Counted from the stretch's first letter, positions 8,509-21,632 are shown. The stretch: DNA of 61,537 nt from Formosa sp. (GCA_002698705.1 NZZM01000032.1:1-61537), one strand, 5' to 3'. Notes: a model not told the origin generated them from the letters alone. Translations and numbers: made by a program.

Positions 8509-11500
8509 TTAAATATTAAATATTTGTTTTTCGTCTTTAGCTTTAATCAAGCTTTCCAATTCCTCACTTGAACCAACAATCATATTATCATACTGTCTTA
8601 AGCCTGTACCTGCTGGTATTCTATGCCCAACTATGACATTTTCCTTAAGTCCTTCCAAACTGTCTACTTTTCCATTTACAGCAGCTTCATTAAGTACCTT
8701 GGTAGTTTCTTGGAAAGAGGCAGCTGATATAAAGGATTTAGTTTGTAATGATGCACGTGTGATACCTTGTAAAATTGGGGTAGCTGTTGCAGGACGAGCA
8801 TCTCGGGCTGAGACACTGACTTTATCCTCACGTATAAGAATTGAGTTCTCATCCCTTAATTGTCTAGCTGTAACAATTTGTCCAGCTTTAAGTATTGCAG
8901 AGTCACCAGAATCTTCAACTACTTTCTTTCCAAATATGTCATCATTTTCATTAATAAAATCTGACTTATGGACTAATTGATTTTCTAAGAAAATTGTATC
9001 TCCTGAATCTTGAATTCGTACCTTACGCATCATCTGACGTACCACAACCTCAAAATGCTTATCATTAATTTTAACTCCCTGAAGTCGGTAAACTTCCTGT
9101 ACTTCGTTAACTAAATATTGTTGTACTGCAGATGGCCCTTTGATATTTAAAATATCATTTGGAGTAATTGAACCATCAGAAAGTGGCATACCAGCTTTCA
9201 CAAAATCATTTTCTTGTACTAAAATTTGGTTTGAAAGTTTAACCAAGTATTTCTTAATTGAACCTGTTTTGGATTCAATAATTATCTCTCTATTACCTCG
9301 TTTGATTTTACCAAAAGAAACAACACCATCAATTTCACTAACCACTGCTGGATTTGATGGGTTTCGAGCTTCAAAAAGTTCAGTCACACGCGGTAGACCT
9401 CCAGTGATATCTCCAGCTTTAGATGATTTGCGTGGTATTTTTACTAAAATCTTACCTATAGCTATCTTATCATTGTCTTCAATCATTAAGTGTGCACCAA
9501 CAGGTAAATTATATGAACGAATTACACTACCCTTACTGTCCTCAATATGAAGTGTAGGGATAAGTTTTTTGTTTCTAGATTCAGAAATTACTTTTTCTTG
9601 AAACCCAGTTTGTTCATCAATTTCAACTTGATAAGTAACTCCTTGTTCTATATTTTCGAAACGAACTTTTCCTGAAAATTCAGAAATAATGACTCCATTG
9701 TATGGATCCCACTGACAAACAACAGAACCCTTCTTTAATTTTTGACCATTTTTAACAAAAATATTAGAACCATAAGGAATATTGTTAGTACTCAAAATAA
9801 TACCTGTTTTCTTGTCAACCAATTTAATTTCGGAGGTCCTGGAAATTACAATATTAACATCATTTCCTTCATTATCCTTACCATTTACAGTTTTTAATTC
9901 ATCAATTTCAGCTAATCCATCAAACTTAACGACAAGGTTGTTTTCTTCAGATATATTTCCAGCAATTCCTCCAACGTGGAAAGTTCGAAGTGTTAACTGT
10001 GTTCCTGGCTCTCCAATGGACTGTGCAGCAACAACCCCAACTGCCTCTCCGATTTGAACCATTTTACCTGTAGCAAGATTACGTCCATAACACATGGCAC
10101 ATATTCCAGTTTTTGCTTCGCAGGTTAATGGAGATCTAACTTCAATTGATTCAATTGCAGACAATTCTATTTTATTAGCAACAACCTCATCAATATGCTC
10201 ACCAGAAGAGGCTAATAGCTCTTCTGAAAGAGGATCATAAACATCATTTAAGGATGTACGACCAACAATTCGTTCTTCCAGAGTTTCAACTATTTCTTCA
10301 TTTTTCTTAAGGGGTTCTACTTTTATTCCACGTAATGTTCCACAATCATGAGAATTTACTATTACATCCTGTGAAACATCCACTAGTCGACGAGTTAAAT
10401 ATCCTGCATCTGCAGTTTTCAAAGCTGTATCCGCTAAACCTTTACGTGCTCCGTGCGTTGATATAAAGTATTCTAAAATTGATAATCCTTCTTTGAAATT
10501 GGAGAGAATCGGGTTTTCGATTATTTCTCCACCTCCAGCATTGGATTTTTTAGGCTTAGCCATTAAACCTCGCATACCTGTCAGCTGACGGATTTGTTCC
10601 TTGGACCCACGAGCTCCAGAATCGAGCATCATATAAACGGAATTGAATCCTTGCTGATCTTCACGAATACGTTTCATTGAAAGTTCTGTCAATTCAGCGT
10701 TCGTAGAAGTCCAAATATCTATAACTTGATTATAACGCTCATTATTTGTGATTAACCCCATATTGTAGTTTGCCATTATACCATCGACCTGCTTATTAGC
10801 AGTTTCAATCATACTATGTTTTTCCTGAGGAATTATAATATCACCTAGGCTGAAGGATAATCCACCTTTAAAAGCAAAATTATATCCTAAAGTTTTAATC
10901 TCATCAAGAAAACTTGCAGTTTCTGGAACTGATGTTGCTTTCAGTATATCATGTATAATATCACGTAATGACTTTTTTGTCAATACTTCATTTATATAAC
11001 CAGCTGCTTTTGGTACTTTTTCATTAAAAAGTACTCTACCTACAGTAGTTTCAATTAGTTGAGTTTCCAAATTACCATCAGAATTGTAGTCTTCAGTTCT
11101 TACTCTAACTTTTGCATTTAATTCGACTCTCTTTTCATTGTAAGCAATAATGACCTCTTCGGGAGAGTAAAATACAAGACCTTCACCTAAAATTTTGACT
11201 TTTTTTGTTGACTCACGTAATTTGGTCATATAATAGAGACCAAGCACCATGTCTTGCGAGGGTACTGTGACTGGCGATCCGTTGGCAGGGTTTAAAATAT
11301 TGTGGGACGCAAGCATTAATAATTGTGCTTCTAAAATAGCTTCAGGACCAAGCGGTAAATGAACTGCCATTTGATCTCCATCAAAATCTGCATTAAATGC
11401 CGTACACACTAAAGGGTGTAACTGGATTGCTTTTCCTTCGATTAGCTTCGGCTGAAATGCTTGAATTCCTAAACGGTGTAATGTAGGAGCACGATTTAGC

Positions 11501-12816
11501 AGAACTGGGTGTCCTTTAAGAACATTTTCCAGAATATCCCAAACCACTGGTTCCTTTTTGTCGATAATTTTCTTAGCAGATTTAACAGTTTTAACAATTC
11601 CTCTTTCTATTAACTTGCGAACAATGAAAGGTTTGTATAATTCTGCTGCCATATTTTTTGGGAGCCCACATTCAAATAATTTTAGTTCTGGTCCAACTAC
11701 TATAACGGAACGAGCGGAATAATCAACTCGTTTACCAAGTAAATTTTGACGAAAACGGCCTTGTTTACCTTTAAGTGAATCAGAGAGTGATTTCAACGGT
11801 CTGTTAGAATCCGTTTTTACGGCTGAAGATTTACGTGTGTTGTCAAAAAGAGAATCAACAGATTCTTGTAACATTCGTTTTTCATTTCTTAAAATAACTT
11901 CAGGAGCTTTGATTTCTACAAGACGCTTCAATCGATTATTTCTAATAATTACTCGTCGATATAAATCATTCAAATCAGAAGTGGCAAAACGGCCACCATC
12001 TAGGGGTACTAGTGGGCGAAGTTCCGGTGGGATAACTGGAATCGCTTTCATAATCATCCATTCGGGTCTATTCTCACGATTCTGATTTCCATCTTTGAGT
12101 GCTTCGACAACCTGTAAGCGCTTCAACGCTTCTGTTTTTCTTTGTTTCGACGTTTCTGTATTAGCTTTGTGACGTAATTCAAAAGAAAGTTCTTCTAAAT
12201 CTATGCGAGATAATAACTCAATCAAACAATCTGCACCCATCTTGGCGATAAATTTTTCTGGATCAGTATCGTCTAAATATTGATTTTCCTGAGGAATTGT
12301 TTCAATTATGTTCAAGTATTCTTCCTCAGTTAAAAAATCCATTTTTTTGACGGGCTCACCCTCTGAGTTTAAAGCTATACCAGGTTGTATAACAACATAT
12401 CGCTCATAATAAATGATCATGTCTAACTTCTTTGAGGGAAGACCTAGTAAATATCCTATTTTGTTAGGTAAAGACCTAAAATACCAAATATGAGCAACAG
12501 GTACTACCAAATTAATGTGCCCTACACGTTCTCGACGAACCTTTTTTTCAGTTACCTCAACTCCGCAGCGATCACAAATTATTCCTTTGTACCTTATTCG
12601 CTTATACTTGCCACAAGCACATTCATAATCCTTGACAGGACCAAAAATTCTTTCACAAAACAAACCATCGCGCTCTGGTTTGTGAGTTCTGTAGTTAATA
12701 GTTTCTGGTTTTAGAACCTCCCCTCTTGAATCTGCTAAAATGGACTCAGGTGAAGCTAATCCTATTGAAATTTTATTAAACTTTTTTTGCGTTGTATTAT
12801 CTTGATTTCTTACCAT
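8509..12816 (-). CDS. rpoC: DNA-directed RNA polymerase beta' subunit
   Basis: NADFDGD catalytic motif, zinc-finger cysteines, [12 protein letters not shown]. Confidence 0.99.
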   Translation of the reverse strand: MVRNQDNTTQKKFNKISIGLASPESILADSRGEVLKPETINYRTHKPERDGLFCERIFGPVKDYECACGKYKRIRYKGIICDRCGVEVTEKKVRRERVGHINLVVPVAHIWYFRSLPNKIGYLLGLPSKKLDMIIYYERYVVIQPGIALNSEGEPVKKMDFLTEEEYLNIIETIPQENQYLDDTDPEKFIAKMGADCLIELLSRIDLEELSFELRHKANTETSKQRKTEALKRLQVVEALKDGNQNRENRPEWMIMKAIPVIPPELRPLVPLDGGRFATSDLNDLYRRVIIRNNRLKRLVEIKAPEVILRNEKRMLQESVDSLFDNTRKSSAVKTDSNRPLKSLSDSLKGKQGRFRQNLLGKRVDYSARSVIVVGPELKLFECGLPKNMAAELYKPFIVRKLIERGIVKTVKSAKKIIDKKEPVVWDILENVLKGHPVLLNRAPTLHRLGIQAFQPKLIEGKAIQLHPLVCTAFNADFDGDQMAVHLPLGPEAILEAQLLMLASHNILNPANGSPVTVPSQDMVLGLYYMTKLRESTKKVKILGEGLVFYSPEEVIIAYNEKRVELNAKVRVRTEDYNSDGNLETQLIETTVGRVLFNEKVPKAAGYINEVLTKKSLRDIIHDILKATSVPETASFLDEIKTLGYNFAFKGGLSFSLGDIIIPQEKHSMIETANKQVDGIMANYNMGLITNNERYNQVIDIWTSTNAELTELSMKRIREDQQGFNSVYMMLDSGARGSKEQIRQLTGMRGLMAKPKKSNAGGGEIIENPILSNFKEGLSILEYFISTHGARKGLADTALKTADAGYLTRRLVDVSQDVIVNSHDCGTLRGIKVEPLKKNEEIVETLEERIVGRTSLNDVYDPLSEELLASSGEHIDEVVANKIELSAIESIEVRSPLTCEAKTGICAMCYGRNLATGKMVQIGEAVGVVAAQSIGEPGTQLTLRTFHVGGIAGNISEENNLVVKFDGLAEIDELKTVNGKDNEGNDVNIVISRTSEIKLVDKKTGIILSTNNIPYGSNIFVKNGQKLKKGSVVCQWDPYNGVIISEFSGKVRFENIEQGVTYQVEIDEQTGFQEKVISESRNKKLIPTLHIEDSKGSVIRSYNLPVGAHLMIEDNDKIAIGKILVKIPRKSSKAGDITGGLPRVTELFEARNPSNPAVVSEIDGVVSFGKIKRGNREIIIESKTGSIKKYLVKLSNQILVQENDFVKAGMPLSDGSITPNDILNIKGPSAVQQYLVNEVQEVYRLQGVKINDKHFEVVVRQMMRKVRIQDSGDTIFLENQLVHKSDFINENDDIFGKKVVEDSGDSAILKAGQIVTARQLRDENSILIREDKVSVSARDARPATATPILQGITRASLQTKSFISAASFQETTKVLNEAAVNGKVDSLEGLKENVIVGHRIPAGTGLRQYDNMIVGSSEELESLIKAKDEKQIFNI

Positions 12817-12842
12817 TATGTGTGATATATGATACTTTAAAA

Positions 12843-15800
12843 TTATTGTTCTAATCTAATGTCTAACCCTAAACCTTTTAATTCGTGCATGAGTACGTTA
12901 AATGACTCTGGTAATCCAGGTTCCGGCATAGGCTCACCTTTTACGATAGCTTCGTAAGTTTTGGCTCTTCCAATTACATCATCAGACTTTACAGTTAGTA
13001 TTTCTCTGAGAGTACTTGAGGCCCCATATGCTTCCAAAGCCCAAACTTCCATCTCGCCAAAACGTTGACCACCAAATTGGGCTTTACCACCAAGAGGTTG
13101 TTGAGTAATTAAAGAATAAGGTCCAATCGATCGAGCATGCATTTTATCATCAACCATATGACCTAACTTTAACATGTAAATAACTCCAACGGTTGCTGGT
13201 TGATCAAAACGGTCACCTGTACCTCCATCATATAGATATGTGTGTCCAAATCTTGGTATCCCTGCTTCATCCGTAAACTCATTGATTTGATCTAATGTAG
13301 CTCCGTCAAAAATTGGGGTGGCGAAAGTACGTCCTAAATCTTTTCCTGCCCATCCAAGTACCGTTTCATAAATTTGTCCAATATTCATTCTAGAAGGTAC
13401 GCCAAGAGGATTTAAAACAATATCTACAGGGGTTCCATCTTCTAAAAAAGGCATATCTTCTTGACGAACAATTCTGGCTACAATCCCTTTATTTCCGTGG
13501 CGTCCTGCCATTTTATCACCCACTTTTAATTTACGTTTTTTAGCAATGTAAACTTTAGCAAGTTTAATAATTCCAGCAGGAAGTTCATCACCAACTGAAA
13601 TGGTGAATTTCTCACGTCTTAAAGATCCTTGAAGATCATTTTCTTTAATTTTATAATTATGAATCAGATCCTTAACTAATTTATTTAAACTACTATCTGT
13701 AGTCCATTTACCATTGATTAGATGAGCATAATCATCTACAGCATTTAGCATTTTTAAAGTATACTTTTTACCCTTAGGAAATACTTCCTCGCCTAAATCG
13801 TTAAAAATTCCTTGAGCAGTTTTCCCACCAACAATTGAAAATAATTTTTGAACTAAAACGGATTTTAAATCATCAAACTTAACATCAAATATATCTTCTA
13901 AATTAGCTATATCTTCCTTATCTTGAGCACGCTTACGTTTATCTTTAATTGCTCTTGAAAAAAGCTTTTTTTCAATCACTACACCATTTAGAGAAGGAGA
14001 AGCTTTTAATGAAGCATCTTTAACATCTCCTGCCTTATCACCAAAAATAGCTCTAAGAAGTTTTTCTTCAGGAGTAGGATCACTCTCCCCTTTTGGTGTG
14101 ATTTTTCCAATAAGTATATCTCCAGGCTTAATTTCTGCACCAATACGAATCATTCCATTTTCATCTAAGTCACTAGTTGCCTCTTCAGAGACATTTGGAA
14201 TGTCATTGGTAAGCTCTTCATTACCAAGCTTGGTATCTCTAACCTCAAGTGAGTATTCATCAATGTGAATAGAAGTAAAAATGTCATCACGAACAACTTT
14301 TTCAGATATTACAATTGCATCTTCAAAATTATATCCTTTCCAAGGCATGAAAGCTACTTTCATATTTCTTCCAAGAGCTAATTCTCCATTTTCTGTAGCA
14401 TAACCTTCACAAAGAACTTGGCCTTTAGAAACCTTATCTCCTTTGTTTACAATAGTTTTGAGATTAACAGATGTTCCTTGGTTGGTTTTTCTAAATTTTG
14501 TTAAAGGATATGTTACAATATTAGAATCAAAACTTACGAGTTCTTCTTCACTAGTTCTATTATATTTTATTACAATTTTCTCAGCATCAACATAATCAAC
14601 TAAACCATCACCATCAGCATTTACCAATACCCTTGAATCTGAAGCTACTTGGCGTTCTAGACCAGTTCCAACAATTGGAGCTTCTGGACGCAAAAGAGGA
14701 ACTGCTTGGCGCATCATGTTTGATCCCATTAGTGCACGATTAGCGTCATCATGCTCTAGAAATGGAATTAAAGAAGCTGAAATTGACGATATCTGGTTAG
14801 GAGCCACATCAGTATAATGAACTTGAGAGGAATCAACTACAGGAAAATCACCTTCTTGGCGGGCAATAACTTTGTCGATAACAATCTTGCCTTTACTGTC
14901 TACTGGTGTACTGGCCTGAGCAATAAGTTTGTCTTCTTCCTCTTCTGCTGTTAAGTAAACAGGAGTTCCTTTGATATCAACTACTGATTCGTGTACTTTT
15001 CTGTAGGGAGTTTCAATAAAACCCATAGAATTAACTTTTGCATATACCGAAAGTGAGGATATAAGGCCAATATTTGGTCCCTCAGGAGTTTCAATTGGAC
15101 AGAGGCGTCCATAGTGTGTATAATGAACATCTCGAACTTCAAATCCAGCACGTTCTCTGGATAGTCCACCAGGTCCAAGTGCGGATAGTCTACGTTTGTG
15201 CGTTATTTCGGCCAATGGATTGGTTTGATCCATAAATTGAGATAACTGATTGGTTCCAAAGAAAGAATTAATAACTGAGGATAATGTCTTAGCATTTATT
15301 AAATCAATAGGTGTAAAAACCTCATTATCACGAACGTTCATTCGTTCTCTAATTGTTCGAGCCATACGGGCTAACCCTACTCCAAACTGAGACGATAGTT
15401 GTTCTCCAACTGTACGAACTCGTCTATTAGACAAATGATCAATATCATCAATTTCAGCTTTTGAGTTGATTAGTTCAATTAAATATTTAATTATTGTTAT
15501 AATATCTTCTTTGGTTAAGACCTGCTTGTCCATCCCGATATCAAGATTTAACTTTTTGTTCATTCTGTAACGACCGACTTCACCTAAGTTGTAACGCTGA
15601 TCACTAAAAAATAATTTATCAATGATTCCACGTGCTGTTTCCTCGTCTGGTGGTTCTGCATTACGGAGTTGCCTGTAGATGTGTTCTACTGCCTCTTTCT
15701 CAGAATTCGTTGGATCTTTTTGAAGAGTATTATGAATGATGGCATAATCCCCTTGCTTAGAAAATTCTTTGTGAAGAAGTATAGTTTTTGCACCTGATTC

Positions 15801-16655
15801 AAGAATTTCAAGACAATTTTCTTTATCTATAATTGTATCTCTATCCAAAACAATTTCATTTCTTTCAATGGATACTACCTCACCAGTATCCTCATCAACA
15901 AAATCTTCATGCCATGTATTTAAAACACGAGCAGCTAGCTTACGCCCAAGAACTTTTTTTAAACCAGATTTAGAAACTTTAATTTCTTCAGCAAGATCAA
16001 AAATTTCTAAAATATCTTTATCTCGTTCAAAACCAATTGCTCTAAAAAGGGTTGTAACAGGTAATTTTTTCTTTCTATCGATGTATGCATACATAACACT
16101 ATTAATATCTGTTGCAAACTCAATCCAAGAACCTTTGAAAGGAATTACACGAGCGGAATACAATTTAGTTCCATTTGCATGAAATGACTGACCAAAGAAT
16201 ACTCCAGGCGAGCGGTGTAACTGCGATACAACAACACGTTCCGCACCGTTTATACAAAATGTACCGCTTGGTGTCATATAAGGAATTGTCCCAAGATAAA
16301 CATCTTGAACGATGGTTTCAAAATCTTCATGCTCTGGATCTGTACAGTACAATTTCAAACGCGCTTTTAAAGGTACAGAATATGTTAGACCTCTCTCGAT
16401 ACACTCCTCAATATTATACCTTGGTGGATCTACAAAATAATCTAGAAATTCTAAAACAAATTGATTGCGTGTATCTGTTATGGGAAAATTTTCCATGAAG
16501 GTATTAAATAAACCTTCATTGGCTCTTTCATCTGATTTTGTTTCTAACTGGAAAAAATCCTGGAAGGATTTAATTTGAATATCCAGGAAATCTGGATATT
16601 CAGTTCTATTTACAATAGATGAGAAATTTAACCTTTCTGTTTTTTTTGTTAACAT
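12843..16655 (-). CDS. rpoB: DNA-directed RNA polymerase beta subunit
   Basis: [40 protein letters not shown]. Confidence 0.99.
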   Translation of the reverse strand: MLTKKTERLNFSSIVNRTEYPDFLDIQIKSFQDFFQLETKSDERANEGLFNTFMENFPITDTRNQFVLEFLDYFVDPPRYNIEECIERGLTYSVPLKARLKLYCTDPEHEDFETIVQDVYLGTIPYMTPSGTFCINGAERVVVSQLHRSPGVFFGQSFHANGTKLYSARVIPFKGSWIEFATDINSVMYAYIDRKKKLPVTTLFRAIGFERDKDILEIFDLAEEIKVSKSGLKKVLGRKLAARVLNTWHEDFVDEDTGEVVSIERNEIVLDRDTIIDKENCLEILESGAKTILLHKEFSKQGDYAIIHNTLQKDPTNSEKEAVEHIYRQLRNAEPPDEETARGIIDKLFFSDQRYNLGEVGRYRMNKKLNLDIGMDKQVLTKEDIITIIKYLIELINSKAEIDDIDHLSNRRVRTVGEQLSSQFGVGLARMARTIRERMNVRDNEVFTPIDLINAKTLSSVINSFFGTNQLSQFMDQTNPLAEITHKRRLSALGPGGLSRERAGFEVRDVHYTHYGRLCPIETPEGPNIGLISSLSVYAKVNSMGFIETPYRKVHESVVDIKGTPVYLTAEEEEDKLIAQASTPVDSKGKIVIDKVIARQEGDFPVVDSSQVHYTDVAPNQISSISASLIPFLEHDDANRALMGSNMMRQAVPLLRPEAPIVGTGLERQVASDSRVLVNADGDGLVDYVDAEKIVIKYNRTSEEELVSFDSNIVTYPLTKFRKTNQGTSVNLKTIVNKGDKVSKGQVLCEGYATENGELALGRNMKVAFMPWKGYNFEDAIVISEKVVRDDIFTSIHIDEYSLEVRDTKLGNEELTNDIPNVSEEATSDLDENGMIRIGAEIKPGDILIGKITPKGESDPTPEEKLLRAIFGDKAGDVKDASLKASPSLNGVVIEKKLFSRAIKDKRKRAQDKEDIANLEDIFDVKFDDLKSVLVQKLFSIVGGKTAQGIFNDLGEEVFPKGKKYTLKMLNAVDDYAHLINGKWTTDSSLNKLVKDLIHNYKIKENDLQGSLRREKFTISVGDELPAGIIKLAKVYIAKKRKLKVGDKMAGRHGNKGIVARIVRQEDMPFLEDGTPVDIVLNPLGVPSRMNIGQIYETVLGWAGKDLGRTFATPIFDGATLDQINEFTDEAGIPRFGHTYLYDGGTGDRFDQPATVGVIYMLKLGHMVDDKMHARSIGPYSLITQQPLGGKAQFGGQRFGEMEVWALEAYGASSTLREILTVKSDDVIGRAKTYEAIVKGEPMPEPGLPESFNVLMHELKGLGLDIRLEQ

Positions 16656-16690
16656 CGACGGACGAATTATTGATTAAAAAAATAAATTGG

Positions 16691-16753
16691 GTGTATAACA
16701 CTATATACACAAAAGGGTTTAGGCCTAAGAATATATTATTCTGTACCTAAACC
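16691..16753 (-). promoter_or_regulatory. rplL-rpoB intergenic double hairpin (putative attenuator or processing site)
   Basis: ggtttagg(16716-16723)/cctaaacc(16746-16753) stem followed by TTTT on the minus strand, then gtgtata/tatacac stem (16691-16710). Confidence 0.55.
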
Positions 16754-16776
16754 ATTGTTTGATTATTGGGTAAAAC

Positions 16777-17154
16777 TTACTTAAGCTCGACCTCTGCACC
16801 AGCTTCTTCTAAGGAACTTTTCAAACCTTCAGCTTCGTCTTTAGAAACACCTTCTTTGATTGCACTTGGAGCATCATCAACAAGACCCTTAGCGTCTTTA
16901 AGTCCAAGGCCTGTAAGTTCTTTTACAAGTTTGACAACTGCAAGCTTTGAACCACCAGCAGCTTTAAGTATTACATCAAATTCTGATTTTTCCTCTTCAG
17001 CTTCTCCACCACCAGATGCACCACCGGCAGCAACTGCAACTGCTGCTGCAGCAGGCTCTATACCATACTCATCTTTTAAAATTGTTGCAAGCTCGTTAAC
17101 TTCTTTTACTGTTAAGTTTACTAATTGTTCTGCGAAATCTTTTAAATCTGCCAT
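16777..17154 (-). CDS. rplL: 50S ribosomal protein bL12 (L7/L12)
   Basis: [30 protein letters not shown]. Confidence 0.98.
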   Translation of the reverse strand: MADLKDFAEQLVNLTVKEVNELATILKDEYGIEPAAAAVAVAAGGASGGGEAEEEKSEFDVILKAAGGSKLAVVKLVKELTGLGLKDAKGLVDDAPSAIKEGVSKDEAEGLKSSLEEAGAEVELK

Positions 17155-17214
17155 TTTTCTATCGTTTTAATAATGTTTTTAATATTTAATTTTATAAGCT
17201 TTTACTATTTAATG

Positions 17215-17736
17215 TTATCCCTCTTTTTGGGATAAAGTTTTAATGATTCCTGAAAGTTTTCCACCGCTAGATTGAAGTGCTGATATTACATTTTTGGCTG
17301 GAGATTGAAGCAAACCTATGATATCTCCAATCAACTCTTCTTTCGATTTGATGTCTACTAACATGTCTAACTGATCATCTCCAATGTAAATCGCTTCCTC
17401 AACATAAGCCCCTTTTAAAAAGGGTTTTTCTGATTTTTTACGGAAAGCCTTGATTACTTTGGCGGGAGCATTCCCAGCTTCAGAATACATCACTGAAGTA
17501 TTACCTTTTAATGTAAGAGGTAAATCTCCAAAATCCTTCTCTGAAGCTTCCATTGCTTTTTCAAGCAAGGTATTCTTAACAACGGATAGTTTAACATTAG
17601 CTTTGAAACAAGCCCGTCTAAGGTTTGAGGTTGTTACTGCATTAAGTCCTGAAATATCTGTAAGATAAAAATTAGAACTATGAGCTAATTCAGTAGTCAA
17701 CGCTTGTATTACTTGTGATTTTTCTTCTTTTGTCAT
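17215..17736 (-). CDS. rplJ: 50S ribosomal protein uL10
   Basis: VVKNTLL motif; position between rplA and rplL. Confidence 0.96.
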   Translation of the reverse strand: MTKEEKSQVIQALTTELAHSSNFYLTDISGLNAVTTSNLRRACFKANVKLSVVKNTLLEKAMEASEKDFGDLPLTLKGNTSVMYSEAGNAPAKVIKAFRKKSEKPFLKGAYVEEAIYIGDDQLDMLVDIKSKEELIGDIIGLLQSPAKNVISALQSSGGKLSGIIKTLSQKEG

Positions 17737-17752
17737 AATATTTGTTTATCGT

Positions 17753-18448
17753 CTAAACAGCTGCTACTTTTAAATCTATTGCAATACTGGGGCTCATAGT
17801 ACTGGACATAAAAATGCTTTTCATGTAAACACCTTTGGCTGCAGTGGGCTTTAATTTAACTAAAGTCGATAATAATTCCTGGGCATTACCCTCAATTTTG
17901 TCAGCTGAAAAGGATACTTTCCCAATTGCAGCATGAACAATGCCTGTTTTATCAACTTTGAAATCAATTTTACCCGCTTTTACTTCTGAAACTGCTTTAG
18001 CAATATCCATAGTAACAGTTCCAGTCTTAGGGTTTGGCATGAGTCCTCTTGGACCTAAAATACGTCCTAAAGGGCCTAGTTTACCCATTACACTTGGCAT
18101 TGTAATAATTACATCAACATCAGTCCAACCTGATTTAATTTTATCAAGGTATTCATTTAAACCCACATAGTCAGCCCCGGCATCTGTTGCTTCCTGTTCC
18201 TTATCAGGAGTTACCAAAGCCAATACTTTAACATCTTTACCGGTTCCATGTGGAAGGGATACAACACCTCTTACCATTTGATTCGCTTTTTTTGGATCAA
18301 CTCCGAGGCGAACAGCAATATCTACAGAAGCATCAAACTTAGCATTTGATATTTCTTTAACAAGTTTTGAAGCTTCAGATAAAGAATAAATTTTGGTACT
18401 CACTATTTTAGCAACTGATTCTTTTCTATTTTTTGTTAATTTAGCCAT
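17753..18448 (-). CDS. rplA: 50S ribosomal protein uL1
   Basis: [29 protein letters not shown]; ATG at 18448 preferred. Confidence 0.98.
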   Translation of the reverse strand: MAKLTKNRKESVAKIVSTKIYSLSEASKLVKEISNAKFDASVDIAVRLGVDPKKANQMVRGVVSLPHGTGKDVKVLALVTPDKEQEATDAGADYVGLNEYLDKIKSGWTDVDVIITMPSVMGKLGPLGRILGPRGLMPNPKTGTVTMDIAKAVSEVKAGKIDFKVDKTGIVHAAIGKVSFSADKIEGNAQELLSTLVKLKPTAAKGVYMKSIFMSSTMSPSIAIDLKVAAV

Positions 18449-18457
18449 TTTCAATAT

Positions 18458-18898
18458 TTATTTCGGTGCCTGACCACCTTTCACAGTTATACCCATAGAT
18501 CTTGCAGTTCCAGCAACCATTTTCATAGCAGATTCAACTGTAAATGCATTCAAATCAACCATTTTATCTTCAGCAATTGTTTTAACTTGGTCCCAACTAA
18601 CTTTCGCTACTTTTTTAACGTGAGGTTCTCCAGAACCTTTTTTTACTTTAGCTGCTTCGAGTAATTGTACTGCAGCTGGTGGGGTTTTGATTACAAATTC
18701 AAAGGATTTGTCTTTATAAACAGTTATAACTACTGGTAACACTTTTCCGGGTTTATCTTGAGTTCTTGCATTGAACTGCTTACAGAACTCCATAATATTA
18801 ACTCCGGCAGCACCTAACGCTGGTCCAACAGGTGGAGATGGGTTAGCTGCGCCTCCCCTAACCTGAAGCTTTACTACTTTATCTAACTCTTTTGCCAT
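18458..18898 (-). CDS. rplK: 50S ribosomal protein uL11
   Basis: [19 protein letters not shown]. Confidence 0.98.
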   Translation of the reverse strand: MAKELDKVVKLQVRGGAANPSPPVGPALGAAGVNIMEFCKQFNARTQDKPGKVLPVVITVYKDKSFEFVIKTPPAAVQLLEAAKVKKGSGEPHVKKVAKVSWDQVKTIAEDKMVDLNAFTVESAMKMVAGTARSMGITVKGGQAPK

Positions 18899-18967
18899 TT
18901 TTAAATTTTATTGAGTTGTATTTTAAATTGGAAGCTGAAAATACAAATCATGTTAATTGCAACAATT

Positions 18968-19531
18968 TTAAATTTTATCTACTTGCATATAGCTTAATTC
19001 TAAAGGGGTTTTTCTTCCGAAAATTTTTACCATCACTTCAAGCTTACGTTTTTCTTCATTGATTTTTTCAACTGTCCCATCAAATCCATTGAAAGGTCCA
19101 TCGATAACTTTCACGGTTTCACCAGCAATAAAAGGAATAACTACATTTTGATCGGCTTCTAAAGCTAATTCATCAACCTTGCCAAGCATTCTATTAACTT
19201 CTGACGAACGTAGCGGAACAGGATCTCCTCCTTTTGTTTCACCTAAAAATCCAATTACATTTGTAATAGATTTGATAATATGAGGTATTTCACCACTAAG
19301 ATTGGCTTGAATCATGATATAACCTGGAAAATAAACTTTTTCTTTCTGAACTTTCTTACCATTTCGAATTTGTATGACATTTTCAGTAGGGACTAAAACT
19401 TGATCCACAAAGCTGTCTAAACCAAGTCTGTTTATTTCAGTTTCTATGTAACTTTTAATCTTGTTTTCTTGCCCACTTACTGCACGAACAACGTACCACT
19501 TTTTCTCTTGCTTTAACTCTGTCATTGTCAT
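18968..19531 (-). CDS. nusG: Transcription termination/antitermination factor NusG
   Basis: KWYVVRAVSGQENK, FPGYI, KOW motif DGPFNGFDG, IFGRKTPLEL. Confidence 0.97.
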   Translation of the reverse strand: MTMTELKQEKKWYVVRAVSGQENKIKSYIETEINRLGLDSFVDQVLVPTENVIQIRNGKKVQKEKVYFPGYIMIQANLSGEIPHIIKSITNVIGFLGETKGGDPVPLRSSEVNRMLGKVDELALEADQNVVIPFIAGETVKVIDGPFNGFDGTVEKINEEKRKLEVMVKIFGRKTPLELSYMQVDKI

Positions 19532-19536
19532 GATAG

Positions 19537-19722
19537 TTATTTAATCCAGTTAAAATATGTTTCCACAAAACCTGCAAAAACTGTATCAACTCCCCAAATT
19601 ACTAAAGAAAATATAATCGAAAATAGAGCTACCAATACGGTAAGATTATATCCCGCAGACCAACTCGGCCAGTTAACGTTATTTTTTAGTTCTTGAAAAG
19701 AATCTCTAATATATTCAAACAT
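19537..19722 (-). CDS. secE: Preprotein translocase subunit SecE
   Basis: ELKNNVNWPS motif plus one TM; between tRNA-Trp and nusG. Confidence 0.92.
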   Translation of the reverse strand: MFEYIRDSFQELKNNVNWPSWSAGYNLTVLVALFSIIFSLVIWGVDTVFAGFVETYFNWIK

Positions 19723-19765
19723 TATACTTATTAATTAGGGTTGGGTTTAAAGTCATTGATTCTTG

Positions 19766-19838
19766 CACGGGTTGAGAGGCTCGAACTCCCGACACCTGGT
19801 TTTGGAGACCAGTGCTCTACCAACTGAGCTAAACCCGT
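19766..19838 (-). tRNA. tRNA-Trp(CCA)
   Basis: acgggtt acceptor stem, D-arm agctcagttggtagagc, anticodon loop ct-CCA-aa, T loop gttcga. Confidence 0.95.
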
Positions 19839-19902
19839 AGTTGAGGGTTCAGGTGTCTTAATAATTTAAAAACACATTGAACCCAAACTAGTTTAACCAT
19901 TT

Positions 19903-21090
19903 TTAGTCTAAAATTTCAGTGACTTGCCCTGCTCCAACAGTTCTACCTCCTTCTCTAATTGCAAAACGAAGTCCAACATTCATAGCAATTGGTTGAATTA
20001 AATCAACTTCAATAGTTAAATTGTCTCCTGGCATTACCATTTCTACACCGGATGGCAATACGATATTACCAGTAACATCTGTTGTTCGCACATAAAATTG
20101 TGGTCGATAATTGTTGTGAAATGGTGTGTGTCGACCACCCTCTTCTTTTTTGAGGATGTAAACCTCAGCTTTGAATTTAGCATGTGGTGTTACAGAACCT
20201 GGTTTACAAATTACCATACCCCTAGATATTTGAGTTTTCTCAATACCCCTTAGAAGTATACCTGCATTATCTCCAGCTTCTCCTCTATCAAGGATTTGAC
20301 GAAACATTTCAATTCCAGTAATTGTAGAGGTCAACTTTTCAGCACCCATACCAATGATTTCTACAGCGTCTCCTGTATTGGCAATACCTGTCTCGATACG
20401 TCCAGTTGCAACAGTACCACGACCTGTGATAGAAAAAACATCTTCAATTGGCATTAAAAAGTCTTTGTCTACATCTCTTTTGGGTAATTCGATCCAAGTA
20501 TCTACAGCTTGCATCAATTCCATAACGGAGTCAACCCACTTTTGTTCACCATTCAAAGCTCCTAATGCAGAACCAGAAACAACAGGCCCATTATCTCCAT
20601 CATATTCATAAAAATTTAATAAATCTCTAACTTCCATATCAACAAGCTCTAGAAGTTCTTCATCGTCAACCATATCAACTTTGTTTAAGAAAACAACAAT
20701 TCTTGGAATTCCTACTTGTCTACCGAGTAATATGTGCTCTCGAGTTTGCGGCATAGGTCCATCAGTTGCAGCAACTACAAGGATTGCACCGTCCATTTGA
20801 GCTGCACCAGTTACCATATTCTTTACGTAATCCGCGTGACCTGGGCAGTCGACGTGAGCATAATGACGATTTGCAGTAGCATACTCTACGTGAGAAGTAT
20901 TAATTGTTATACCTCTTTCTTTTTCTTCAGGTGCATTGTCGATTTGATCGAATGAGCGTGCCTCTGATAATCCAGCATCTGCTAATACTTTAGTAATAGC
21001 TGCCGTTAAAGTTGTTTTTCCGTGATCTACGTGTCCTATTGTTCCGATGTTTAAATGCGGTTTGGAGCGATCGAAAGTTGCCTTTGCCAT
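19903..21090 (-). CDS. tuf: Elongation factor Tu
   Basis: [33 protein letters not shown]. Confidence 0.99.
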   Translation of the reverse strand: MAKATFDRSKPHLNIGTIGHVDHGKTTLTAAITKVLADAGLSEARSFDQIDNAPEEKERGITINTSHVEYATANRHYAHVDCPGHADYVKNMVTGAAQMDGAILVVAATDGPMPQTREHILLGRQVGIPRIVVFLNKVDMVDDEELLELVDMEVRDLLNFYEYDGDNGPVVSGSALGALNGEQKWVDSVMELMQAVDTWIELPKRDVDKDFLMPIEDVFSITGRGTVATGRIETGIANTGDAVEIIGMGAEKLTSTITGIEMFRQILDRGEAGDNAGILLRGIEKTQISRGMVICKPGSVTPHAKFKAEVYILKKEEGGRHTPFHNNYRPQFYVRTTDVTGNIVLPSGVEMVMPGDNLTIEVDLIQPIAMNVGLRFAIREGGRTVGAGQVTEILD

Positions 21091-21172
21091 GATTTAAGTT
21101 TTAGTATTTGTTTTGTTAATATTAATAATGTTTATTTTTTTGTTTTAATTTTTTCAATTTTTAAAAAGTAAG

Positions 21173-21244
21173 AGCCAATGACGGGATTTGAACCCGTGGC
21201 CTCTTCCTTACCAAGGAAACGCTCTACCCCTGAGCTACACCGGC
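21173..21244 (-). tRNA. tRNA-Thr(GGT)
   Basis: gccggtgtagctcaggggtagagc...tt-GGT-aa...ggttcaaatccc cloverleaf. Confidence 0.95.
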
Positions 21245-21256
21245 TAAAAATTTTAG

Positions 21257-21329
21257 AGCGGGAGACCGGGTTCGAACCGGCGACATTCAGCTTGGAAGGC
21301 TGACGCTCTACCAACTGAGCTACTCCCGC
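21257..21329 (-). tRNA. tRNA-Gly(TCC)
   Basis: gcgggagtagctcagttggtagagc...ct-TCC-aa...ggttcgaacccg cloverleaf. Confidence 0.95.
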
Positions 21330-21359
21330 AATGGTGTTTATCCCCTAACTCTTAAAATG

Positions 21360-21441
21360 TGGGGAGAGCAGGATTCGAACCTGCGAAGTTAAAAACAACA
21401 GATTTACAGTCTGCCCTCGTTGGCCGCTTGAGTATCTCCCC
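21360..21441 (-). tRNA. tRNA-Tyr(GTA)
   Basis: ggggaga acceptor stem, ct-GTA-aa anticodon loop, long variable arm, ggttcgaatcc. Confidence 0.95.
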
Positions 21442-21477
21442 TCAATTAAAAATTAATCTAATATTTTTAAGAACGTG

Positions 21478-21551
21478 AGCCGATGGAGGGACTCGAACCC
21501 ACGACCTGCTGATTACAAATCAGCTGCTCTAGCCAGCTGAGCTACATCGGC
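21478..21551 (-). tRNA. tRNA-Thr(TGT)
   Basis: gccgatgtagctcagctggctagagc...tt-TGT-aa...ggttcgagtccc cloverleaf. Confidence 0.95.
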
Positions 21552-21601
21552 ATTTTTGATGTTGTCACGCACCAAAAAAGCCCGCTATTTCAAACGGAAT
21601 G

Positions 21602-21632
21602 CAAATGTATATGTATTTTTTAATGTTTCAAA
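21602..21632 (-). promoter_or_regulatory. Bacteroidota housekeeping promoter (-33 TTTG / -7 TACATTTG) of the tRNA-tuf operon
   Basis: TTTG (21629-21632), 19 bp spacer, TACATTTG (21602-21609) on the minus strand. Confidence 0.8.

Noticed and set aside
8633-20955. Many short plus-strand or alternate-frame ORFs within rpoC, rpoB, rplL, rplJ, rplA and tuf
   Set aside because: Antisense or shadow frames of conserved genes with no recognisable motifs; the same applies to similar ORFs in htpG, prfC, typA, dnaJ and the GS genes.
21132-21314. 60 aa ORF in the ORF track
   Set aside because: It is a read-through of tRNA-Gly and tRNA-Thr sequences.
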